Source: Candidatus Hydrothermarchaeales archaeon
Lineage (GTDB): Archaea; Hydrothermarchaeota; Hydrothermarchaeia; Hydrothermarchaeales; JAZGAD01
Direction of reading: 5' to 3'
Length of the DNA stretch: 14,889 nt
Assembly (NCBI GenBank): GCA_036444275.1
Contig: JAZGAD010000031.1
Span: 1-14,889, forward strand
Numbering within the stretch: position 1 is the stretch's first letter; each line of letters starts with the position of its first letter. The position numbers and the translations under genes were made by a program. The notes under the pieces are model-generated. The model saw nothing but the letters and a program-made list of their open reading frames with translations. It was not told the origin of the DNA and searched no databases. Shown here piece after piece: positions 8,082-14,889 of the stretch.

Positions 8082-8106
8082 GGATATCCTTGTTTAACTA
8101 CCTACG

Positions 8107-8250
8107 TCACGGTTTCCCCTTATTCCAGCACCCCTCAAACTCCTTCGTGGCACACCGTAGGGTTACCATCTCTCCGTCTAGTATCTCCATCTCCGGTTGC
8201 TCACATTCAATACACGTTCTTAGAAATCTCTTCTCCCTTTCGTCCAGCAC
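8107..8250 (-). CDS. 47-aa Cys-rich (putative Zn-binding) microprotein
   Basis: GTG 8250 to TGA 8109-8107 encodes MLDEREKRFLRTCIECEQPEMEILDGEMVTLRCATKEFEGCWNKGKP. A strong SD (GAGGGGGTGA) ends 5 nt upstream and the codons are purine-rich. Below the ORF-track length cutoff. Confidence 0.65.
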   Translation of the reverse strand: MLDEREKRFLRTCIECEQPEMEILDGEMVTLRCATKEFEGCWNKGKP

Positions 8251-8364
8251 CTTTTTCACCCCCTCTTTTCAAAAATTTATACATCCATAAGGCTTAAATA
8301 CTTTTTCATATATCTTCATAAAAAATACACAGAATCTCTTGGGAGAAGCATGTGAGGTACTCCT

Positions 8365-8469
8365 GTGGACCAAAGGATAGCTTTCGTTGTATTGATACTG
8401 GTAGCGATATTCTTGGCTGGTAGGGCTATACGGATAAAGATGTATAGAGACATCAAGAAGAAGCTGTAA
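8365..8469 (+). CDS. 34-aa single-pass membrane microprotein
   Basis: GTG 8365 to TAA 8467-8469 encodes MDQRIAFVVLILVAIFLAGRAIRIKMYRDIKKKL. SD GAGGT is at 8354-8358. The protein has one hydrophobic helix followed by a basic tail. Confidence 0.55.
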   Translation: MDQRIAFVVLILVAIFLAGRAIRIKMYRDIKKKL

Positions 8470-8514
8470 CGTTAATACATGTGTTTTGCGGCTTTCGTGC
8501 ACTAAGCCCTATTA

Positions 8515-8709
8515 TCAAAGGCTCGTGATATCATCCATCACAATTTCATCGCCAGTAGCGTTTATGTCGACTCCGATAACCCTCGCAAACGGCGCCTTTT
8601 TGAGCTCTTTCAGCACCGAAAACTCCCTTCCCACCCCCACCTCGACTATCTTCTCTGCATGAGGGAAGTTGTTGTTGATGTACTCCACAATATCTTTTTT
8701 GTCGCTCAG
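8515..8709 (-). pseudogene. Truncated UPF0146-family (SAM-MTase-like fold) protein
   Basis: Translates as LSDKKDIVEYINNNFPHAEKIVEVGVGREFSVLKELKKAPFARVIGVDINATGDEIVDDDITSL*. KIVEVGVG...DI...DDI is typical of UPF0146, but the C-terminal half (the IYSIRPP region) is missing and only a CTG start is available at the expected position. Confidence 0.65.
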
Positions 8710-8733
8710 CTCGGCTTAAATGATTACGTGACG

Positions 8734-9009
8734 CTACTGTAGTAGATTTTTCTTCTCTAACTCACCGAGAACCTTTTGACCGTCTATTGTTAGCATGTAT
8801 TTTTTCCAGGAGTGTTTATCAGGCACCACGCTCTCGACCAAACCCTTCTCTTCCATCTCAATTAGCGCGTGGCTTATGTTCTGCACGGATCTTCCGCTAA
8901 GCTCTGCTACTTCAGATGCTCTTATTGTCGAACGACCTCTGAACGCCTTCATAGTAACTAGACGCCTGTCCACATCAATCGTCCACCTAATCAGCTCGTC
9001 CATCGACAT
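8734..9009 (-). CDS. Winged helix-turn-helix transcriptional regulator (MarR/ArsR-like)
   Basis: ASEVAELSGRSVQNISHALIEMEEKGLV...YMLTIDG fits the wHTH pattern. The start may be ATG 9003. Confidence 0.85.
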   Translation of the reverse strand: MSMDELIRWTIDVDRRLVTMKAFRGRSTIRASEVAELSGRSVQNISHALIEMEEKGLVESVVPDKHSWKKYMLTIDGQKVLGELEKKNLLQ

Positions 9010-9238
9010 ATCTTTCCCAATAAGAACAATATTCTGATAATACTTAAAATTTGTTCATAATTTCTCACATTTAGTCAGATTATAAACCTATAAAGCCATC
9101 TTCCTTTAGATGCATAATTGTTGCTGAGGGGTATTATATCCCCGCCTAATCAGCTTCAGTACTTATTGGGCCTCTGCCACATAACGTCTTATATCACAAC
9201 ATCCAACTTCTTGATCCAGCATGCACCCAACCCAGGCA

Positions 9239-9850
9239 CTACCTTTCTTTCAAGCTCCTTTCCACTACCTCGCCGCCGGGTTCAACTTCTGAGAAGACAA
9301 TGCCAGAGAACCTGTGTATCTTCGTGTCTTCATCGTACCAGGAATCTGGCAGCAATCCAGCTTTCACACAGGTATGGGATAAGAATTCCTCTATGCCCCA
9401 ACCTTCATCCACCGGGACCTGGGGTAAAAGCAGCCCCCTGTTAAAACCCTTCTCAGCTATCAGCCCGTGTTTCCCGATCTCTATCTCTGTTAGGTAATCC
9501 TTTGGGGAAGAGACTTGAATCAGCTCCGATGGAGTGAGGATGCTGACTTCTATCAGCGTTTTGTCCAGTTCATCACGCAGAAGGGATGGGAACCGGGGGT
9601 CACCGGTAGCTGACGAGATAGCCGCTTTTATAGTGGCCTCTACTAGAGGTAATACAGGCTCTGGATAGCCTATGCATCCTCGGAGAGCCTTCGTAGGATA
9701 TGTTTGAAGGGTAACAAAGACTCCTGCCTTCTCTCTCAGCTTCTCTGGTGTATCTTGTGGCTCGGAGACAAACTCTCCGCTCTCAAGGTATCTCTCTATA
9801 GTCTGTCTCGCAAGCGTTATCAAGAACGAGCCGTCTTCAATGGCGTACAT
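9239..9850 (-). CDS. AMMECR1-domain protein (TIGR00296 family; AmmeMemoRadiSam protein A-like)
   Basis: Motifs GVFVTL, LRGCIG, DPRF, IEVSILT, GKHGL, GLLLPQV and CVKAGL. Confidence 0.95.
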   Translation of the reverse strand: MYAIEDGSFLITLARQTIERYLESGEFVSEPQDTPEKLREKAGVFVTLQTYPTKALRGCIGYPEPVLPLVEATIKAAISSATGDPRFPSLLRDELDKTLIEVSILTPSELIQVSSPKDYLTEIEIGKHGLIAEKGFNRGLLLPQVPVDEGWGIEEFLSHTCVKAGLLPDSWYDEDTKIHRFSGIVFSEVEPGGEVVERSLKER

Positions 9851-9854
9851 GGCT

Positions 9855-10235
9855 TCATCCTCTTAAAAAGAAGTACCTTTTCGGAACCAAATTTTCCCTC
9901 TCCATCTCGAATCCACAGGTGCTGCACCTCTTCCCGGCTAGCGCTTCATTGCCGAAGAGATCCCTAGTCTTAACTGCAGCTAGCTCGCCTCCACAGACAT
10001 AGCACCTCTTGGCTTCTCTACTGGTTCTCCTCTTCTCGGCATGCACCTTGACACCGTCCATCACGGCTGCAAGTTGCCTCACCCTATCAGGAGACACTCT
10101 ATATTCCTTGTCTTCTCTTCTTACCATGCCTTGCACCAAACTATGGAAAAGGTTCTGGGAGCTTATTTCGCTGTGTTCTCTTAACACTTCTCGGATTGCA
10201 CTCTCCACCAGCTCTCTCTTAGGGATCTTATACAT
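9855..10235 (-). CDS. Hypothetical basic protein with C-terminal Zn ribbon
   Basis: 126 aa with CYVCGG...CSTCG. SD GAGGT lies upstream, and the stop is 4 nt from the AMMECR1 start. Confidence 0.8.
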   Translation of the reverse strand: MYKIPKRELVESAIREVLREHSEISSQNLFHSLVQGMVRREDKEYRVSPDRVRQLAAVMDGVKVHAEKRRTSREAKRCYVCGGELAAVKTRDLFGNEALAGKRCSTCGFEMERENLVPKRYFFLRG

Positions 10236-10268
10236 ATCTTGACCTCATGGTAACATAACCTAGCTTGG

Positions 10269-10724
10269 CTAAATCTGCATTACCATATCCTTTATCTTCT
10301 TCCAGTGCCCGCCATGCCAATATATCTTTCCACAGTCTTCACATATCCAAAATTCTTCAAATACCTGAAAAACACTATCAGGCACCCTTTCTTTAACATT
10401 TTCCTTGGCTACGGCCTTGACCTTGGAATTGCATAGAGGGCATCGTGACACCTCGGGGGTATCGTGAACCAATATATCCTGTTCCCCTGTTAGTTGCCGT
10501 AGCTGCTCCAAGAGCCCGTTTCCTCTTATGAGTGAATAGGCAACTCCTACACTATCAGCGTTTTCCGTCAGCTTCTTGTCCCGGGTCAGGAGTATTCTCT
10601 CTTCTTGCTCAGCCTTCTCCAGGATTTCCTCGTCTTTCAAATCCTTGGCGTAAAAGACATCGTAGCCGCTGAGCCGAAGCCATCTGGTAAGGCGTCCCAG
10701 CATGGAGTCCGCGATGAATTTCAT
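10269..10724 (-). CDS. Mut7-C RNase domain protein (PIN-like + Zn ribbon, COG1656)
   Basis: Motifs FIADSMLGRLTRWLRLSGYD, RILLTRD, SRCPLCN and FWICEDCGKIYWHGGH. A TATA-like TTTATA about 25 nt upstream suggests a leaderless mRNA. Confidence 0.92.
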   Translation of the reverse strand: MKFIADSMLGRLTRWLRLSGYDVFYAKDLKDEEILEKAEQEERILLTRDKKLTENADSVGVAYSLIRGNGLLEQLRQLTGEQDILVHDTPEVSRCPLCNSKVKAVAKENVKERVPDSVFQVFEEFWICEDCGKIYWHGGHWKKIKDMVMQI

Positions 10725-10838
10725 CTAGTATATAGCTTGTTCTGCAGAATATAAATAGCTTTATTTAGGGTAGATAAACGAGTATGCCGATGTAGATTTG
10801 CTCGATTGTTTCAGTTGCTGAGGATGGAAAGCTAGACC

Positions 10839-10886
10839 AGAGAAATCCTTATAAACATATTTTGAGAGATAGTAAACATGGAGGTT
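10839..10886 (+). promoter_or_regulatory. Archaeal promoter (BRE + TATA) and SD for the CBS cluster
   Basis: AGAGAAATCC followed by TTATAAA at about 10849-10855, with GGAGGT shortly before ATG 10891. Confidence 0.5.
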
Positions 10887-10890
10887 TCCC

Positions 10891-11445
10891 ATGGATACTG
10901 AGGTAAGAGTTAAAGAGGCTATGACCCAGGGGGTAATAACACTGAGTCCCGATGCCCCTGTAAATGAGGCTGCCAAGTTGATGGCTGAGAAGGGCATTGG
11001 TAGTATAGTTATAGCTGGGGAAAAGCCTGAAGGCATAGTGACCGAGAGGGATATATGTTATCACGTTGTGGCAAAGGATAAGAGAGCAGCAAAGGTGCGG
11101 GTGCGGGATATAATGTCTTCACCGCTTAAGACCGTTCCTCCAGAGATGACCATAACCGATGCCTCACGAATGATGGCGAAGCACAACATACGGAGACTGC
11201 CTGTGCTGGAGAACGATATATTGATTGGGTTAATCTCTAATAAGGATATAATCGCGATTGCGCCGGAGACCATAGAGATACTACAGGAACTCTCTAGAAT
11301 GAACAGTAGCACCCATGAGGACACGAAGGCAGATTTGGGAAGAGGAACCTGCGAGGTATGCGGGGGCTACATGGTCACGATAACTGAGGTCAACGGCACC
11401 TATGTCTGTGAGAGCTGTAAGGAGGACATGTTGGGTGGGGACTGA
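10891..11445 (+). CDS. CBS-pair protein with C-terminal Zn ribbon
   Basis: Two CBS motifs (GIVTERD; RRLPV...GLISNKD) and C-terminal CEVCG...CESC. Confidence 0.92.
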   Translation: MDTEVRVKEAMTQGVITLSPDAPVNEAAKLMAEKGIGSIVIAGEKPEGIVTERDICYHVVAKDKRAAKVRVRDIMSSPLKTVPPEMTITDASRMMAKHNIRRLPVLENDILIGLISNKDIIAIAPETIEILQELSRMNSSTHEDTKADLGRGTCEVCGGYMVTITEVNGTYVCESCKEDMLGGD

Positions 11446-11452
11446 ACTCCAA

Positions 11453-11604
11453 GAGGAGGTTATGATCCCAGGCCCCCTCGTCGTCGAGGGGAATCCAGCT
11501 GGCTCCTTATTGTTAAGACATACACCGAGCTTTTCTTGTGGTAGAGGGGAAAGGAAATGGTATTATCATGGGTGGATATCTTGGATATGACTCCAGCTAA
11601 GGCT
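11453..11604 (+). pseudogene. Decayed N-terminal fragment of a CBS-domain gene
   Basis: Three successive frames give EEVMIPGPLVVEGNPAGSLLLRHT / RAFLVVEGKGNGIIM / VDILDMTPAKA. This resembles the CBS consensus 'VMxxxPxxV...RxLPVVdxgklvGII..DIL', and the fragment lies between two intact CBS genes. Confidence 0.55.
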
Positions 11605-11645
11605 TGCATCCGTCTAACCCACAACCTAAAGGAGGATGATAAGAA

Positions 11646-12563
11646 TTGAGGTCGAGGAGAGATAGATTTACTTTGAATAAAGCGAGGGACAGAGGTTCTT
11701 CGGAACCCGGAAGTAAGATAGCAGAGCGGGAGGGGTCGATTATGTCTGTAGCAACGAAGGATGTAATAACCATCTCCCCTACCATGACTATAAAAAAGGC
11801 TGCCGATGCCATGTGTAAACACGGCTTCAGGAGGCTGCCGGTAACTGATCCCGGTACAAAGAGACTTTTAGGTATAATCGGCAGCAGCGACATCATTGAC
11901 TTCTTGGGCGGGGGCAAAAAAGCACTTCTCATTCAAGAGAAGCATAAGGGGAATTTTCTCTCAGCCGTTAACGACTCGGTTAGGGAGATCATGGTAACCG
12001 ATGTCAGGACCCTCGATAAGGGTGCTACCATCAAGGATGCCCTTTCTGTGATCCTCGGCTCGCGAGTAGGAGGCGTAGTTATAACAGATGCTGAGAAAAG
12101 GGTAGCCGGCATAGCGTCTGAGAGGGATTTTGCCTTTCTAATCGCAGGCAAATTTGCTGGCAAAAAAGTTGATGGATACATGACCAAGAACGTGGTCGTC
12201 GCAACCCCCGATATGGCCTTAGGAGAGGCCACAAGGGCAATGGTCAGGAATAGCTTCAGGAGGCTACCGGTAGTAACTGATAAGGAACTCGTAGGCATGC
12301 TTACCACGAGAGATATAATAGAGTTTGTCAGCGAGAATCACATATTCACAAAAGTGGCTGGGAACAGGATGGACGAGATTCTAGAGACCAAGGTGGCAGA
12401 GATCATGAAGAAAACGGTGTCCAAAGTAGCTGAGGATACAGAGCTAGGTGAAGTGGCTAAAATCATCGAGAAAAGCGGCACCGGCACTGTCTGCGTGGTT
12501 ACGGATGGAGAGTTGAAGGGAATCATCACTGAAAGAGACATTATCAGGGCATTACTAGATTAA
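11646..12563 (+). CDS. Four-CBS-domain protein (MJ1225-like adenylate sensor)
   Basis: Four CBS repeats, including FRRLPVTDPGTKRLLGII...DFLGGG. TTG start with GGAGG at 11631-11635; alternative ATG at 11742. Confidence 0.92.
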   Translation: MRSRRDRFTLNKARDRGSSEPGSKIAEREGSIMSVATKDVITISPTMTIKKAADAMCKHGFRRLPVTDPGTKRLLGIIGSSDIIDFLGGGKKALLIQEKHKGNFLSAVNDSVREIMVTDVRTLDKGATIKDALSVILGSRVGGVVITDAEKRVAGIASERDFAFLIAGKFAGKKVDGYMTKNVVVATPDMALGEATRAMVRNSFRRLPVVTDKELVGMLTTRDIIEFVSENHIFTKVAGNRMDEILETKVAEIMKKTVSKVAEDTELGEVAKIIEKSGTGTVCVVTDGELKGIITERDIIRALLD

Positions 12564-12629
12564 TCCTGTGTGAAGAAGGCGGTAGCTTCCAGACCATAGT
12601 TAAAGCAAATTGCAGGTAAGGTGATCGTG

Positions 12630-13658
12630 GTGGGAGTACAGCTTGCCAATCTCGTAACTCCGAAAGTAATAGACTTTGGGAACTTAAAGGGAAAGAGGAT
12701 AGCAGTCGACGCCCTTAATACTCTTTATCAGTTTCTCTCTATTATCAGGCAGCCCGATGGCACGCCCCTCAAGGATTCCAAGGGAAGGATAACCAGCCAC
12801 CTTTCAGGGCTCTTCTATAGGAACGCTAACCTGATGGACTATGGAATCCTGCCCATCTATGTATTCGACGGCAAGCACCATAGGCTGAAGGGTAAGGTTG
12901 TAGCTGAAAGGAAAAGGGTAAGGGAAGAGGCAAGGGAGAAGTGGAAGGTTGCTCTGGCTGAAAAAAAACTAGAGGAGGCTAGGACCTTTGCCCAGCAGTC
13001 TTCTAGGATCACGGATGAGTTACTTTCTGAATCCAAGGAACTCTTAGAGTGCCTCGGGATACCCTACGTTCAAGCTCCTTCTGAGGGCGAGGCGCAGGCT
13101 GCTGGCATGGTAGAGCGGGGTGATGCTTGGGCTGTAGGAAGCCAGGACTATGATTCCCTCCTATTTGGCTCATCTAGGCTGGTGAGGAACTTGGCCATTT
13201 CTGGTAGGAGGAAGATTCCCAGGAGGAAAGCATACGTCAGTATATCCCCAGATATCCTGAGATTAAAAGATGTACTGAAAGAGCTCGGGGTGACGAGGGA
13301 GCAACTTGTAGATATCGCTATACTGATAGGCACCGATTATAATCCAAAAGGAGTTGAGGGCATAGGACCCAAGAAGGCCTTTGCAATGATAAAGGAATAT
13401 GGAAGCGCAGCTGAAGGCTTAGAGGCTCTAGCTAGAGAGGTGGACTTCGATATCCAAGAGATAAGGGAATTGTTTCTGGAGCCGGGTTACGTAGAAGACT
13501 ATGAGCTGGAGTGGCGAGCCCCAGACGAAGATAGGGTTTTGCATTTCCTGTGTGATGAAAGGGGTTTCTCAGTTGATAGGATGAAGAAGGGCTTAGAGAA
13601 GTTCAAGGGTGCGCAAAAGCTCAGGGCGCAGTCAGACTTAGACGCCTGGTTTAATTGA
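12630..13658 (+). CDS. fen: Flap endonuclease 1
   Basis: Motifs (M)GV...AVDALNTLYQFLSIIRQPDGTPL, VFDG, APSEGEAQA, SQDYD, GTDYN and GIGPKKA, plus C-terminal PIP box QSDLDAWF. GTG 12630 is chosen as the start, with SD AGGTGAT just upstream. Confidence 0.97.
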   Translation: MGVQLANLVTPKVIDFGNLKGKRIAVDALNTLYQFLSIIRQPDGTPLKDSKGRITSHLSGLFYRNANLMDYGILPIYVFDGKHHRLKGKVVAERKRVREEAREKWKVALAEKKLEEARTFAQQSSRITDELLSESKELLECLGIPYVQAPSEGEAQAAGMVERGDAWAVGSQDYDSLLFGSSRLVRNLAISGRRKIPRRKAYVSISPDILRLKDVLKELGVTREQLVDIAILIGTDYNPKGVEGIGPKKAFAMIKEYGSAAEGLEALAREVDFDIQEIRELFLEPGYVEDYELEWRAPDEDRVLHFLCDERGFSVDRMKKGLEKFKGAQKLRAQSDLDAWFN

Positions 13659-13693
13659 ATGACAAGTAGATTTAGACTGAACTAATAATCTAT

Positions 13694-14047
13694 TCAGCCT
13701 CTTTGGTCTCTCCCGCCTCTAAGACTGCGGTAGTCTTTCATGGGCAGTTCCTTGCCAGAGGCTAATGCCAGTTTCCTCCAGTGCACTATGTGTCCGATGT
13801 CCAAGATGAATTCAGAGAGCTTCTTCTCTTCTTTCACTCCTCTATCCTCGTAGAAGGCTGTGAATGCCTCGCGGTACTCCTTCATCTCGTCATCGTCTGG
13901 GTACTTACTGAGGACGCTGTCTAATTGCTCCATGGCAGAGCGCAGCTCAGCCTCATATGCTTCACTTTTCCCCTCCCGTAGTATGGAATGCGTGTCTTTG
14001 AGTTTTTCAGCTATCTCAGCCAAAGTATAGGCGCTTGCCTTGACCAT
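13694..14047 (-). CDS. Hypothetical protein (helical, charged), probably leaderless
   Basis: 117-aa ORF with typical coding bias; TTTAATAA TATA (14077-14070) lies about 23 nt before the ATG. Confidence 0.75.
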   Translation of the reverse strand: MVKASAYTLAEIAEKLKDTHSILREGKSEAYEAELRSAMEQLDSVLSKYPDDDEMKEYREAFTAFYEDRGVKEEKKLSEFILDIGHIVHWRKLALASGKELPMKDYRSLRGGRDQRG

Positions 14048-14108
14048 GTACTGGAATAGCTTTCCCTGTTTATTAAACTTATCTGGGTTTCTATTTATTT
14101 ATTCTAGA

Positions 14109-14312
14109 TCACATTCGCTGCTGCCTGAGGAACTCCAGGCCCATGAGGCAAGTCGAACAAAGAGAATCATTGTATTTTCCAGGTGTAAGGCCTGCTTCGA
14201 CGTATCTGCATACATAGTTCTCTAGGTCAATGAAATCACAGCTCATATTTATCAATTGGGAGAGGTCGGTTTCCCCATAGATATTTACATCTACATCTGT
14301 ATCGCCGGTCAT
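14109..14312 (-). CDS. Small Cys-containing hypothetical protein
   Basis: 67 aa with four Cys (C-x9-C-x16-CxxC). It fills the gap between neighbouring genes on the same strand as 13694-14047. Confidence 0.55.
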   Translation of the reverse strand: MTGDTDVDVNIYGETDLSQLINMSCDFIDLENYVCRYVEAGLTPGKYNDSLCSTCLMGLEFLRQQRM

Positions 14313-14464
14313 TTACATGTGGAATCTCTTTAAGAGGATATCAAGTTTGGGTTTCGCTCATGAATATCTTAGGTTACTATAATGCAGTGAAGGACTGAAT
14401 AGTGAGGAAGAAAGAACAAGACAAAACCCAAAAATTTAATAGATGAGTGAAATAATATACAAGT

Positions 14465-14889
14465 ATGAAATGCAGGAGTTGTGGAGCCGAGTTAGAGGGA
14501 GAATGGTCTTTTTGCCCGCGATGCGGAGTAAAGAGGGGCCAGGAGTTTGGAAGAGGTATGGAGGATATAATGGAGCTCTTCGAGAGGAGCCTTAAAGACA
14601 TATTCAGCGGTGGGTTTCCTATGAATTTCCCTTTTGGTAAAGGCTTTATGGTGGAGATATCCCAAGAGAGCGGTAGCCCCACGTTTTCTGTCAAGGAATT
14701 CGGCAGCGATGCAATGAAAGAGCAAAAGGAGGAAGTCTTAAGCGAGGTGAAGGAGATCCCCAAGGATTCGAAGGTTGTGGAGCCTAAGATCTCGTTGAAG
14801 GGAAAGAGAACTATCGAGGTGCATCTACCTGGCGTGAAAGCTAAGGATGACATCCATATAAAGAAGTTCCACGACTCTTTGGAGATAAG
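14465..14889 (+). CDS. Zn-ribbon + Hsp20/alpha-crystallin-like domain protein (3' partial)
   Basis: ATG 14465 gives MKCRSCGAELEGEWSFCPRCG...MELFERSLKDIFSGGFPMNFPFGKGFMVEISQ...VVEPKISLKGKRTIEVHLPGVKAKDDIHIKKFHDSLEI, open to the window end. TTTAATA lies about 24 nt upstream. Not in the track because there is no stop codon. Confidence 0.8.
   Translation, partial: MKCRSCGAELEGEWSFCPRCGVKRGQEFGRGMEDIMELFERSLKDIFSGGFPMNFPFGKGFMVEISQESGSPTFSVKEFGSDAMKEQKEEVLSEVKEIPKDSKVVEPKISLKGKRTIEVHLPGVKAKDDIHIKKFHDSLEI

Noticed and set aside
9145-9200. C/D-box sRNA on the minus strand (GTGATAT...CAGA...CTGA)
   Set aside because: The C box deviates from RUGAUGA and there is no C' box, so the evidence is insufficient.
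1670-10271. Several genes ending in TAG or TGA as signs of pyrrolysine or selenocysteine readthrough
   Set aside because: The proteins are full length at these stops, some are backed by further in-frame stops (arsC TAG-TGA-TAG), and no pyl/sel genes or SECIS-like elements were seen.
856-14853. Numerous antisense or overlapping ORFs in the track (e.g. 1133-1447, 5337-6710 on +, 11460-12541 on -, 14377-14853 on -)
   Set aside because: They are shadows of well-supported genes on the opposite strand or in another frame and have no recognisable motifs.

Overview
Archaeal genomic DNA, as shown by FEN-1 with a PIP box, TATA/BRE promoters, several apparently leaderless genes and MJ1225-type CBS proteins. 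The gene content resembles Euryarchaeota/Methanobacteriota relatives such as Hydrothermarchaeota, but this placement is inference only. From left to right: the 3' end of an AbrB/MazE-type gene; a truncated wHTH remnant; an AmrS-related (COG1180-like) radical SAM enzyme; a membrane polyferredoxin; a frameshifted 3' remnant of an AmmeMemoRadiSam radical SAM gene; a Na+/Pi cotransporter; a thioredoxin-type ArsC; a convergent K+-dependent (probably Na+-pumping) membrane pyrophosphatase; a V4R/MetOD1-like protein; two small ORFs missing from the ORF track; a truncated UPF0146 gene; a wHTH regulator; a Mut7-C RNase / Zn-ribbon / AMMECR1 operon; a CBS cluster containing a decayed member; fen; two hypothetical genes; and a partial Zn-ribbon + Hsp20-like gene. 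The most notable signals are an exact NrpR-type GGAA-N6-TTCC operator just downstream of the hppA TATA box, scattered pieces of the AmmeMemoRadiSam system linked to a PIN-like RNase, four gene remnants hidden in 'intergenic' DNA, and two microproteins. No rRNA, tRNA, CRISPR array or transposase was seen.
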